Shown piece by piece: positions 47,243-56,009 of a stretch of DNA of 64,000 nucleotides; position 1 is the stretch's first letter; each line of letters begins with the position of its first letter. A model generated the notes under the pieces. The model was not told the DNA's origin. It saw nothing but the letters and a program-made list of their open reading frames with translations, and ran no database searches. The stretch is from a virus. Taxonomy: Duplodnaviria > Caudoviricetes. Made by a program: the position numbers and the translations under genes. Location: the IMG/VR virus record IMGVR_UViG_644736339_000001, one strand, 5' to 3'.

Positions 47243-47556
47243 CACGCACCGCCCTTCGGCCACAACCGCTCCGGGATCCGGCGGCAGGTCTCGGCGTGCA
47301 CCTGCGCACTCCGGTTCGGGATAGCGTCATCGCTGGAGACGGCATCGAGGCTTCCGCAGGACTCGCAGGCGGCGCGGTACCACCGGCGCGTCATATCCGC
47401 CGCAGCGTCGCGCGTCACGATGACATGGGCGCCACCGACGGCGAGGAATCGGGCAGTAGCGGTTGCAGTCGAGACGGTGGCGTTCTTCTCGGATGCTGCG
47501 ATCCGGGCCATGGCAACTGCGCGGTTCGCGAGTCGGTCCTCGCTGTGGCGGCTCAT
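47242..47556 (-). CDS. small Zn-binding protein
   Basis: ACESCG..AQVHAETCRRIP. Confidence 0.65.
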   Translation of the reverse strand: MSRHSEDRLANRAVAMARIAASEKNATVSTATATARFLAVGGAHVIVTRDAAADMTRRWYRAACESCGSLDAVSSDDAIPNRSAQVHAETCRRIPERLWPKGGA

Positions 47557-47732
47557 CACGCACCGCCCTTGGTCTCGTTCGCGGCCGTCCTGGCACCCTG
47601 CTGGGCTTCGCGGACCTGCTTTACGGTGCGGCCGGCGTAGGCGCCGCCGTTCGCGGGTCGGTTGCCGACGAGCGTCTGCATCAGGGCGTTGTAGCCGCGG
47701 GTGGTGGCATCGATCGTCGCGGGGCCGGTCAT
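47556..47732 (-). CDS. small hypothetical protein
   Basis: Coupled on both sides. Confidence 0.45.
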   Translation of the reverse strand: MTGPATIDATTRGYNALMQTLVGNRPANGGAYAGRTVKQVREAQQGARTAANETKGGA

Positions 47733-47938
47733 CGGGCACCTGCCGGCACGTACTGCACGATCTCTTCCATGGTGATACGGACGCCGGCGTCGAGCCCGCT
47801 TCGACGGCCGTTGAGCAGCGCCGCCTCTTCGAGGTACTGGCCGGTGCGCAGGGTTTTCCACGCCAGGCGGGCGGCGGCGCGAAGCCGGAGCGGGTACGAC
47901 ATCGGCGGGATGGCGGCGGACAGGCTGGTCGTCTGCAT
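47729..47938 (-). CDS. small hypothetical protein
   Basis: Coupled on both sides. Confidence 0.45.
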   Translation of the reverse strand: MQTTSLSAAIPPMSYPLRLRAAARLAWKTLRTGQYLEEAALLNGRRSGLDAGVRITMEEIVQYVPAGAR

Positions 47939-48240
47939 CACAGCCCCGCCTTCCCGAGCGCCCGCAGCAGTGCCAGCGCCAGGTTTTCGGCCTGCTGGCC
48001 GGCCAGGTCCAGCGGCACCGAGTTCAGCGTGAGCGCGATGGTCGGCTGCGTCTCGTCGGGGTCCTGCATCAGCTGCACCGACGCCGAGGTGAGGGTGACT
48101 CCGCTGGGGTAGCCGGCCGGGTAGGTGAGGTCGGTGCGGGTGCCGATGCACAGGTTCGTGTCGGCGTCGTGTTCGGTACACCACGGCGGGCAGGTGCGGG
48201 GTTCCGGAACAAGGGCGAGTTGCGGAATGCTGGAGTGCAC
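47938..48240 (-). CDS. DUF6907-like protein
   Basis: CPPWCTEH..C motif. Confidence 0.6.
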   Translation of the reverse strand: MHSSIPQLALVPEPRTCPPWCTEHDADTNLCIGTRTDLTYPAGYPSGVTLTSASVQLMQDPDETQPTIALTLNSVPLDLAGQQAENLALALLRALGKAGL

Positions 48241-48322
48241 GGCGGTCTCCGTTTTCCTAGGAGCGGTTGGCTGTCTAGGTCCGGGTCGGCGGTAGAGACG
48301 CTGGCTCGGGCCGTCTTTGCGT

Positions 48323-48526
48323 TCAGGCGGCGGATCGCGCTCGGCGATCGGCCAAGTAGCGGTCGCACTCGGTCTCGGGGACCAGGTACATGCCGCGCTC
48401 TCCGTCGCGCTCAGCGGCGATGAGCTTCTTTCGGATCATGATCCGGACCTTCGACTCGCTCGCCCCAATGCGGGTGGCAACCGCAGCCACTCGCAGGAAC
48501 CTGACCTGACCTGTGGTCTCGCTCAT
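48323..48526 (-). CDS. excisionase-like HTH protein
   Basis: FLRVAAVATRIGASESKVRIMIRKKLIAA..YLVP; SD AAGGGAGG; first gene of the operon. Confidence 0.8.
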   Translation of the reverse strand: MSETTGQVRFLRVAAVATRIGASESKVRIMIRKKLIAAERDGERGMYLVPETECDRYLADRRARSAA

Positions 48527-48569
48527 GCTGCCTCCCTTGTTGGTGTTGCTCAGCGTGCTGTCATTGCTG

Positions 48570-48598
48570 AGATTAGCAGGTTTCGCGTACTCTGTTAA
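48570..48598 (-). promoter_or_regulatory. promoter of the xis-transfer operon
   Basis: TTAACA-N17-TAATCT. Confidence 0.6.
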
Positions 48599-48617
48599 GC
48601 CTCAACCTCGGGGCAAC

Positions 48618-48645
48618 AAAAAGCCCCCGGCGTCAAGCCGGGGGC
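48618..48645 (-). terminator. intrinsic terminator after the GntR gene
   Basis: Stem GCCCCCGGC/GCCGGGGGC followed by TTTTT on the - strand. Confidence 0.8.
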
Positions 48646-48667
48646 CCAGTGGTGAAGGGAGGTTCAA

Positions 48668-49441
48668 TCAGTGCGTGGACCTGCGATACAGCAGCTCGAA
48701 CCGGTGACCGCCCTTCACCATGACGGTTGCTTCGATGGGCTTCCCGCCGCGCGACCACACGATGCGGAGCGTCTGGAGCACCGAAACGAACGGCGGCAGG
48801 TGCAGCAGTTCGAGCTCTTGTGTCGTGGGAACGCGGGTCGAGACTCGGTCCTCGTAGTCGACTGCGGGCAAGTGCATCCCATCAAGGATCTTCTGCACGC
48901 CGCCCTTGATCGACCCCGGCAGGGCAATGCGGGTACCTGCCGCAATCTCGATCGGGTAGTAGGACCAGTCGACCTCGACAGGTTCGTCCGTTTCTCGGAC
49001 GCGCATAACTCTAAAGCGGCGAACGGCTTGGCCGTTGGGCCCCAGCCCAAGCAGCTTGGCAACATCTCCTGGAATCGTTTCGGCGTCGGCTTCTTCCATG
49101 CGCTCCTGCCGGGCGCGCTCGGGTACTGCAACCTGAAGGACGTCAACGGCGAGCGTGTCGTAGCGGTAGATGTCGAGCTGCGGGTCTGGATCGGCGAGAA
49201 CGGGGGTTCTCGGTTCAGCAATCACCTCGGTGCCCTTACCTTTCTCCGAACGAATCAGGCCTTCACCCTTCAAGATCTCCAGCGCGTGCTGAACGGTGTT
49301 TACCGTCGTGTCGTACCACTCAGCCAGGATCTTGACTCCGGGGAGCATGTCCGGGTACTTGCCCGCAAGGATCACCGCCCGAATGTCCGCCGCGATCTGC
49401 TCGCGTCGCGGTCGGGGGTCGCTATAGCTGTCGTCCGTCAC
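48668..49441 (-). CDS. GntR/HutC-family repressor (wHTH + UTRA), KorSA/TraR-like
   Basis: EQIAADIRAVILAGKY..LPG..TVQHALEILKGEGLI..GKGT, then a UTRA domain. Confidence 0.9.
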   Translation of the reverse strand: MTDDSYSDPRPRREQIAADIRAVILAGKYPDMLPGVKILAEWYDTTVNTVQHALEILKGEGLIRSEKGKGTEVIAEPRTPVLADPDPQLDIYRYDTLAVDVLQVAVPERARQERMEEADAETIPGDVAKLLGLGPNGQAVRRFRVMRVRETDEPVEVDWSYYPIEIAAGTRIALPGSIKGGVQKILDGMHLPAVDYEDRVSTRVPTTQELELLHLPPFVSVLQTLRIVWSRGGKPIEATVMVKGGHRFELLYRRSTH

Positions 49442-49444
49442 GGT

Positions 49445-49975
49445 TCAGCCGACCTCAATCCGGTACTGCAGAACCCTGCCAGCAGGCAGCATCAGCGAAT
49501 CCGTAACCTCAACCGGGGTGTCATCACCGGTGTACGCAGTACGGAACAACCGGGCCACACGCTTATCGGGCGGGACCTGCAGCAACTGCGCCTCCTCGGC
49601 GTTCGGGGCGGACTCAAGTTCGACTTCTTCATCGGCGTAGGCCAGCGCCAACCCGAGCGCGGCGATAACCGCTGGCGCACCGCCCTTGATCTTCTTGGGG
49701 TCGGCAAGCGGTGTGCCGTGCGCAAGCAGCTCGGGATACCACGAGTTTGCGATCTCCACGGGCTTGTCCTCGATGAGCATCAGCCGGCGGCGGACCACCG
49801 CACGCTCGGCCGCGCCAAGCTGAAGCGCGTCGGCAATCCGCTGCGGCGGCTTCACCGTTTCGACCGCGAGAATCCGCGACGCGCCGCCCCGGTCGGCGGT
49901 AGCCGCAGACCAAGCATCAGGGCCGCTTCGTGCCGCCAGGTAGGCGGCGGAATCATCAGGGTTTTCGTGCATCAA
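49445..49975 (-). CDS. stand-alone UTRA domain protein (copy 1)
   Basis: VVRRRLML..PVEIANSWYP..EEV..RTAY..PVEV; no HTH. Confidence 0.85.
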   Translation of the reverse strand: MMHENPDDSAAYLAARSGPDAWSAATADRGGASRILAVETVKPPQRIADALQLGAAERAVVRRRLMLIEDKPVEIANSWYPELLAHGTPLADPKKIKGGAPAVIAALGLALAYADEEVELESAPNAEEAQLLQVPPDKRVARLFRTAYTGDDTPVEVTDSLMLPAGRVLQYRIEVG

Positions 49976-50031
49976 CCGCTCCCTTTGGCGCTCCGACCAG
50001 GACTCATCCAGAGTACGCGAACACCGGTAAA

Positions 50032-50045
50032 CCTTACCGGTAAGG
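50032..50045. promoter_or_regulatory. palindromic operator candidate
   Basis: Perfect palindrome CCTTACCGGTAAGG preceded by a second ACCGGTAA; upstream of the UTRA-GntR genes. Confidence 0.55.
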
Positions 50046-50194
50046 CGCTATGGTCGTATGCCCTGGTCAGGCGCGGTTGTGGGGCCGGGCGCTGCGAAAA
50101 CGAGTCTCGGAAGCAGCCGAAACGAGATCGGAAACACGCCGTTTCGGGGATCGGAAACGCGTGTTTCCAGTACCAGAAACAAGCGTTGGCGTAC

Positions 50195-50449
50195 CTAGCC
50201 CAGCCAGGTGATGCCGGTGACGTGAACCTCGGCAGCGTGTTCGAGAATCAGGAACGTCAGCATGCCGCCGTTGCCGAACGATGCAGTGCGGTGCGCATGG
50301 TGGTCATCAACGGGCTCGTCCGGCTGTCGCTGGAAGTTCCAGGGGTCAGCGCAGATCAGCGCGACCGTCTCCACGAGATCGTCAACCATGCCATAGGGCA
50401 TGCAAACCAGCTGAGCCTTCGCGGTCTCGGTGAACTCCCAGGCATACAC
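50195..50449 (-). CDS. RelE/ParE-like putative toxin (copy 1)
   Basis: 84 aa; YAWEFTETAKAQL..DPW..FGNGGMLTFLI..VHVTGITWLG. Confidence 0.65.
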   Translation of the reverse strand: MYAWEFTETAKAQLVCMPYGMVDDLVETVALICADPWNFQRQPDEPVDDHHAHRTASFGNGGMLTFLILEHAAEVHVTGITWLG

Positions 50450-50455
50450 CGCGAG

Positions 50456-50842
50456 TCAGCGACGCGCCGCCAGAGACCTCAGCTTGTCCAAGGCGTCCCT
50501 GGATGCGCCCTTCGCCTCCAGGATGGCCAGTACATCGTCCGGGTTGGCCCGTTCGCTGTCCGGGATGCCGTTCACCCGCCAGCCCTCGACCTTCGCCAGG
50601 AACGCCTTGTGCTTGGCAGGGTCGCACCAGCTAATCGACTCGGCCCACCACCACGTCAGCATCTCGTTCAGCGGTTCAAGCGAGTTTGCCTCACGCGCCT
50701 CGGTGTAGGCGCAGTCAAGCGCGGCGTCGAATCGCTCGACCAGGCCCTGCTCGCCGGCGTTCACCAGCACGGCTCGGATCGCGGCCGGAGTACGTGCCGG
50801 CTTCGGCATCACTCTCGGGCTGTGAATCGGCTGGGCGCTCAT
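50456..50842 (-). CDS. DUF6247-like putative antitoxin (copy 1)
   Basis: MSAQP..RTPAAIRAVL..F..L..WW; upstream of the RelE-like gene. Confidence 0.7.
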   Translation of the reverse strand: MSAQPIHSPRVMPKPARTPAAIRAVLVNAGEQGLVERFDAALDCAYTEAREANSLEPLNEMLTWWWAESISWCDPAKHKAFLAKVEGWRVNGIPDSERANPDDVLAILEAKGASRDALDKLRSLAARR

Positions 50843-50970
50843 GCCTGTCACCTTCCCGCGCATGCACTAGTCCACGCAACCCCTACGCCGGTTCGCCAGG
50901 GACTACCTGTTGACGCCGGCGTCACCATCGTGCTTGCGCACTCCCGAACGTTCCTTAACAAGGGCAGCCG

Positions 50971-52170
50971 ATGACCACCGATGACCAGGCCTTCGACCTC
51001 GTCGCGGCCGAAGATTTACGCCTGTCCTACACGTCAGTCCGGGACTGGACAATGCTCCACCCCGAGCTGCGCGGCACGCCATTCCAGCTGTACGCCATCA
51101 TGCGATCACTGGTGATCGACAAGGCCGGAGATCAGCCGTCGCGCCGCATCACCCTCGATCAGTTGTGCTGGCTGCTGCCGGGCGTCAACGGCAAGCCGAC
51201 ATCGCTGACCGTCGTGAAGGACGCGCTTCGAGCGCTGGACAGGCTGGGCTTGGTAACGAACCCCGACAGCGAACGCCTGGTCACGTCCACGGGCGACCGC
51301 GGCATCAAGTCTCGGCGCCGCTTCCAGATCAACGACCTGCCGCCCGACGGATTCCGAGGCTGGCGCAACGCCTGGGACAAGCTGGACAGCTACCGCGAGG
51401 AATGGCGCACCGTCGCACCTAAACCGCCGGCCCTCGGCTCCGCGCCGGTTCGAAACGAACTCGATGACGGCCAGGACCAGCGACCCAAAACGGACGTCGG
51501 CGGCATCGAACAGACTCTCGAGGGTCGGAATTCCGACCATCGAGCCAACCAGGCAGAACAGGACGAAACCCCAGGTCATCTCGATGGTCGGAATTCCGAC
51601 CGTGCTGGACGGAATTCCGCCCACGGCGGACGGAATTCCGTCCGACAACTGGCATCTGACCAGCCCCAACGGGCCCCTAAGAAGTTTCTCAAAGAAGGTT
51701 CTCTCTCTACGGTCGCCTCAGCGGCGACCGATGCGGACCCCACCAGGCGAGAGAGAGAACCCGTCTGCGACGAAGAACCAGACCCCGCCGACCTGATCGT
51801 GAAGGCGTGGGCCGACGCCTGGACCAGAACCCGCAGCGGCCCATACCCCGTCAGGTCCCCGGACGCCGTTCGTCGCAATGCCCGGCGACTCCTGGCCGAC
51901 GGCAGCAATGTCGACCTTCTGTGCATGGCCGCAGCCAACATGGCCGAGCGCGGCTGGATCGACCTCGACAAGCACCTGGAGCGCTGGATCCCACCGAAGA
52001 CGCCGGGATCGCCCGCAGCCGACACATCCGGCCGTACCGCAGCCGACTGCCGCTGGTGCGACCCGTTCGGCTGGTACGAGCATGCCAACGGCGACGGCGC
52101 CCGCTGTAACCACCCCAACGACCCGCCGGCCGGACACCCGGCCGCCACCAACACCAGGAGCGCCGCATGA
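50971..52170 (+). CDS. replication initiator protein 1 (lambda O-like layout)
   Basis: N-terminal wHTH, internal iterons, C-terminal CRWCD..CNH; coupled to dnaB. Confidence 0.75.
   Translation: MTTDDQAFDLVAAEDLRLSYTSVRDWTMLHPELRGTPFQLYAIMRSLVIDKAGDQPSRRITLDQLCWLLPGVNGKPTSLTVVKDALRALDRLGLVTNPDSERLVTSTGDRGIKSRRRFQINDLPPDGFRGWRNAWDKLDSYREEWRTVAPKPPALGSAPVRNELDDGQDQRPKTDVGGIEQTLEGRNSDHRANQAEQDETPGHLDGRNSDRAGRNSAHGGRNSVRQLASDQPQRAPKKFLKEGSLSTVASAATDADPTRREREPVCDEEPDPADLIVKAWADAWTRTRSGPYPVRSPDAVRRNARRLLADGSNVDLLCMAAANMAERGWIDLDKHLERWIPPKTPGSPAADTSGRTAADCRWCDPFGWYEHANGDGARCNHPNDPPAGHPAATNTRSAA
51523..51643. repeat. four 16-bp palindromic iterons (probable origin)
   Basis: GG(T/A)CGGAATTCCGNCC at 51523, 51586, 51607, 51628 (spacings 63, 21, 21). 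Confidence 0.85.
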
Positions 52171-53513
52171 CCGACCAGGAGACCGACGCGCCAGGGCATA
52201 TCCGCACCCCGCCGTCCGACCTCGACGCCGAACAGTGCGTCCTCGGCGGCATGCTGCTGTCCGCCGATGCCATCGGCGACGTCCTTGACCTGCCGCTCGC
52301 CGGCAACGACTTTTACAAACCCGCCCACGAGACGATCTTCGCCGCGATCCTGGACCTGCACAGCCGCAGCGAACCCGCAGACGCCGTCACCGTCGGCGCA
52401 CTACTTGCCAAATCCGGCGACCTTAACCACATCGGCGGCGGACCCTACCTGCACACCCTCATTAACTCGGTGCCGACCGCAGCCAACGCCGGCTACTACG
52501 CCGACATCGTCAAAGAACTCGCAGTCCTACGCCGCCTCGGCGAAGCCGGAACCCGCATTGTCCAAATGAGCTACGTCACCGACCGGTCCGACGCCGCCAC
52601 CGTCGTCGACCTCGCCGCGGCCGAAATCCAGGCCGTCACCGGAGACACCCGGACCGACGGCGTCACCACAGTCGCCGACGAAGCCGAAACCTTCCTTGAA
52701 GGGCTGCTCGACAACACCAAACCCCGCAACTACCTGCCCACCCCCTACCGGGACTTCCGCGACGCCGTACCCATCGAAGGCGGCGACATGGTCGTCGTGG
52801 CCGGCGACACCGGCATGGGCAAGTCCGTCGTGATGGTTGACTTCGTCCGCCACGCCGCCATCGAATGCCGCAAGCGCACGCTGCTGGTATCGATCGAGAT
52901 GAACGCCGACCAGCTCATGCAGCGCATGTTCGCCGCCGAAGCGAAAGTGCCCCTGCACCACCTGCGCGGCGACGTCAACATCGACGACTTCGAACAGAAA
53001 CGGCTCGGCAAAGCAGCCGGCCGGATCCTCGACGCACCCATCGACATGATCGTTGACGGAACGGTCACGCTCGGCCGGATCCGCTCCACCCTGCGCCGCA
53101 TGCAAGCCCGGCACATGCTGCCCGAGCTGGTCGTCATCGACTACCTGCAGATCCTCACCCCCGAACGCGAAACCGGAAACCGCACCATCGACGTCGGCGC
53201 GCTGTCCCGCGGAATCAAGCGCATCGCCATGGACTTCCGGATACCGGTTATCGTCGGCGCCCAGCTCAACCGGCAGCTCAACGGCCGCACCGACAAGCGC
53301 CCCGTCCTGTCCGACCTGCGCGAGTCGGGATCCATCGGGCAGGACGCGAACATCGTGGTGCTGCTGTACCGGGAGGACTACTACGAGCGCGAATCCCCGC
53401 GCGCCGGCGAACTCGAACTGATCGTCGCGAAGAACCGGCAGGGCCCGCTGTGCAACATCACCATCGGCTTTCAGGGGCATTATTCGCGGGCCCTGGACAT
53501 GGCGCAGACGTGA
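52167..53513 (+). CDS. dnaB: replicative DNA helicase
   Basis: AEQCVLGGML, GDTGMGKS, VIDYLQI, AQLNR, LRESGSIGQDA, AKNRQGP. Confidence 0.95.
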   Translation: MTDQETDAPGHIRTPPSDLDAEQCVLGGMLLSADAIGDVLDLPLAGNDFYKPAHETIFAAILDLHSRSEPADAVTVGALLAKSGDLNHIGGGPYLHTLINSVPTAANAGYYADIVKELAVLRRLGEAGTRIVQMSYVTDRSDAATVVDLAAAEIQAVTGDTRTDGVTTVADEAETFLEGLLDNTKPRNYLPTPYRDFRDAVPIEGGDMVVVAGDTGMGKSVVMVDFVRHAAIECRKRTLLVSIEMNADQLMQRMFAAEAKVPLHHLRGDVNIDDFEQKRLGKAAGRILDAPIDMIVDGTVTLGRIRSTLRRMQARHMLPELVVIDYLQILTPERETGNRTIDVGALSRGIKRIAMDFRIPVIVGAQLNRQLNGRTDKRPVLSDLRESGSIGQDANIVVLLYREDYYERESPRAGELELIVAKNRQGPLCNITIGFQGHYSRALDMAQT

Positions 53514-53521
53514 CCAGCGGG

Positions 53522-54064
53522 TCAGCGGTTCGTCCAGGCCCAGCGGAACCGATACGCGCCGGCAACCAGCCGCATGTCCGACACCTTAACCACCTGCCCG
53601 GATGCGTCGATGCCGCGCCGCACAATCCGCACCACCGCAGTCATGTCGTCGATGCCGAGCCTGTCCCGCTCATCGGCAGTCACGTTCTCACGCTCAACGA
53701 ACTCAACGTCCTCGGAAAACGAAACCAGCTCGTGCCCGAGTTCAGCCAGCCGCGCCGGGACGCCACCGGGGCCGGTGTTCAAGCCTCCGATCGGCGTGCC
53801 CTCGGCGAGCTTCGCCGGCAGGTAGGAACGGGCCCAGCAGACGCGCTTGCCGTCCACCGCGTAGACGCGGTCACGGACGATCGCGTTCCTGCCGAGATCG
53901 GCGGCGTCTTCGTCTCCCGCGTCTTCTGCATAGGTGACGGCCAACTCGAGAACCTCAAACTGGCGGTCGCCGGCATCGGCGGACCATACGGACTTGCCTG
54001 CGGTGCGCGGCTCGGCGGACAGGCGGGCGTTGGCGTCACGGAAGATCGGCTCAAAGTCGGTCAC
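53522..54064 (-). CDS. stand-alone UTRA domain protein (copy 2)
   Basis: IVRDRVY..ARSYLP..GTPI..GPGG..SEDV; no HTH. Confidence 0.8.
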   Translation of the reverse strand: MTDFEPIFRDANARLSAEPRTAGKSVWSADAGDRQFEVLELAVTYAEDAGDEDAADLGRNAIVRDRVYAVDGKRVCWARSYLPAKLAEGTPIGGLNTGPGGVPARLAELGHELVSFSEDVEFVERENVTADERDRLGIDDMTAVVRIVRRGIDASGQVVKVSDMRLVAGAYRFRWAWTNR

Positions 54065-54073
54065 GGCGCCGTC

Positions 54074-54331
54074 CTACCCTGCCCACACAACGTCAACGAT
54101 TGTCACCGTCGCAGCGGTTTCGTTCACCACGTAAACAATCATTCCGTATGGTCCAACCGCCAACATCCGCGTAACGAACGCGCCCTCGGATTTCACCGAC
54201 GAGCCAACACCGTGCGGATCGTTCGGCAACTCCAGCATCGCCAGCACAAACGCCTGGTGGATGTCCTTGGCCATGGCCGGGCTTCCCACCACAGCGGAGG
54301 CTTCCTCGGTGATGACCAGGCTGTAGCTCAC
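54074..54331 (-). CDS. RelE/ParE-like putative toxin (copy 2)
   Basis: 85 aa; YSLVITEEA..NDPHG..VGPYGMIVYVV..VTIVDVVWAG. Confidence 0.7.
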   Translation of the reverse strand: MSYSLVITEEASAVVGSPAMAKDIHQAFVLAMLELPNDPHGVGSSVKSEGAFVTRMLAVGPYGMIVYVVNETAATVTIVDVVWAG

Positions 54332-54648
54332 CGGCTGCTATGCCCGACGTATGGGCGGCCGTGGCGCTGCTCGAACTGCTCGGCGAAGTCCGGAATCACG
54401 TCTTCGATCGGGACCGTCCGTGCCGTACCGGCCTTGACCTGCTCGACCCGGCCCCAGGTGCCGGCGCGGTTCATGACCGCGGTCAGCCACCACTTCTCGA
54501 CTGTGGCCCGCAGGCTGCCGGCTTCGATGTCCTCAAGCTCGGCCATGAACTGGTTCCGCTGCTCGGCCGTGAGCGCCTGCTTTATGGCGCGGATCGTGCG
54601 CGGCAGGGAGATTCGGTGTGGTGTCGCATCCGACGGCTCGGCACTCAT
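54328..54648 (-). CDS. DUF6247-like putative antitoxin (copy 2)
   Basis: MSAEP..RTIRAIKQAL..F..KWW; overlaps the toxin start; possibly leaderless (TACGTT 6 nt before ATG). Confidence 0.7.
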   Translation of the reverse strand: MSAEPSDATPHRISLPRTIRAIKQALTAEQRNQFMAELEDIEAGSLRATVEKWWLTAVMNRAGTWGRVEQVKAGTARTVPIEDVIPDFAEQFEQRHGRPYVGHSSR

Positions 54649-54781
54649 AAGGCCAACGTACCGGCGCGGTGCGGTCACCGCCATGATGACCTCGCACTTT
54701 GGTGGATGCACTTTCCTGTATGAACTGCTGGTCGGCGCATGTTTCAATGCGACGGCACGGGCAGCTGCCACGCGCTCCATT

Positions 54782-55216
54782 TCAGCCACAGTCCCCAATC
54801 GTGACCTGGGCTTTCTTCAGCCTCGGTGCTGGCGTGGCGTCGGGGTTGTAGCCCGGGTTGTCGCTGAGCCAAGCCGCTTGGGTGCAGTCGCCAGGCCCGT
54901 TCGGGCTCGAGGTTTTGAGCGTGTCGAACGTCAGCTTGCAGTGCTCCGGGTCAGTGCCGCCAAGCTCGATTGCCGAGTCCGGCAGGCCCGGTTCCCGCTG
55001 CCATTCGATGACGTCGCCGCGGTCCGGCAGGGGAGTGGCGCAGGTTTCAACCGGCACGGACGGCTCGCTGGTGGTGCTCACGGCCGGGGGTGTTGCGGTA
55101 GTGGCAACACCGGCTGGGTGCGCTGCCGGGGCGGCTGCGGGCTTGCTGGCGCTACTGGAGCATCCCGCCAGCATCAGGACGGCAGCAGCTGCAACGGCGG
55201 TGGCTGTACGACGCAT
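54782..55216 (-). CDS. lipoprotein
   Basis: Lipobox LAGC after a signal peptide; Pro/Ala/Thr linker; four further Cys. Confidence 0.75.
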   Translation of the reverse strand: MRRTATAVAAAAVLMLAGCSSSASKPAAAPAAHPAGVATTATPPAVSTTSEPSVPVETCATPLPDRGDVIEWQREPGLPDSAIELGGTDPEHCKLTFDTLKTSSPNGPGDCTQAAWLSDNPGYNPDATPAPRLKKAQVTIGDCG

Positions 55217-55225
55217 CGTGTCCAC

Positions 55226-55792
55226 CTAGCCGATCGTCCACTGCGCAACGTTGTCGCCGCCAAGACTGGTCAGCGCGTACTGCACCTGCGTGATCTTCTG
55301 CCCGTCGGGGACTTGGAAATCGACGAACCCCAACGCGGTATCGCCCGCCGTGAGATTCACACTCGACGGCATGTCCGCGCCGGCCGTTGTCGTCGCGAAA
55401 GCGATGCTCATCGTCTCCCCGGCGGCGTTCTTCACCGTCACGTCCGCCTGCGGGTCGTCGGAGTACACGCCGCTGCCCTGGTTGACGACGCGAACCTGAA
55501 GGGCAACGAAGTGTTTGCCTGCGTCGGGGACGGTGAACTCGTCGGAGCCCTTCGCCGGGTCGACGATCTTCACGAGGGTCACGGCGAGTTTGGCGTTCCG
55601 GCCGCTGATCTTGACGGTGTCGCCGAGTCCTGCCTTCTTCGGCGCGGCCGAGGTGCTGCTGGTTGCGGCGGCATGGGCTGCGGTTGTCGCAGCCTCGGCG
55701 GGCGCTACGGGCGTGGTGTTGACCTTGGCGCTGGTACAGCCGCCGAGGGCGGCGAGCGTGAGTACAGCGGTGATGGTTGGTATGCGGCGCAT
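55226..55792 (-). CDS. DUF4352-like lipoprotein
   Basis: Lipobox LGGC; GKHFVALQVRVVNQG..LTAGDTALGFVDFQVP. Confidence 0.8.
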   Translation of the reverse strand: MRRIPTITAVLTLAALGGCTSAKVNTTPVAPAEAATTAAHAAATSSTSAAPKKAGLGDTVKISGRNAKLAVTLVKIVDPAKGSDEFTVPDAGKHFVALQVRVVNQGSGVYSDDPQADVTVKNAAGETMSIAFATTTAGADMPSSVNLTAGDTALGFVDFQVPDGQKITQVQYALTSLGGDNVAQWTIG

Positions 55793-56009
55793 GTGAATCC
55801 CCCCAGGGATAGGCAACAGACCTCGTCACGCTACGGGCTGGCGGGGGTGGCGCTACGGGGTGTGGCCGGATCGTTGCTGATCGAATCAGGGGTCGCACTT
55901 ACCTGCTACGCGGAAACGGCCGCGACCCGAAGGTCACGGCCGTTCAACACCCGATTCGATTCCGAGCCAAGCCTACTCGGGGCCGATCAATCCCAACAGG
56001 CAGCGCGCA

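Larger units (their letters stand above)
37070..49975 (-). mobile_element. actinomycete plasmid/AICE-type conjugative transfer module
   Basis: traB-like FtsK, Spd-like membrane genes, xis-like HTH, KorSA/TraR-like GntR. Confidence 0.8.

Noticed and set aside
48671-50974. 767-aa + strand ORF
   Set aside because: Antisense to the GntR, UTRA and TA-like genes; shadow ORF
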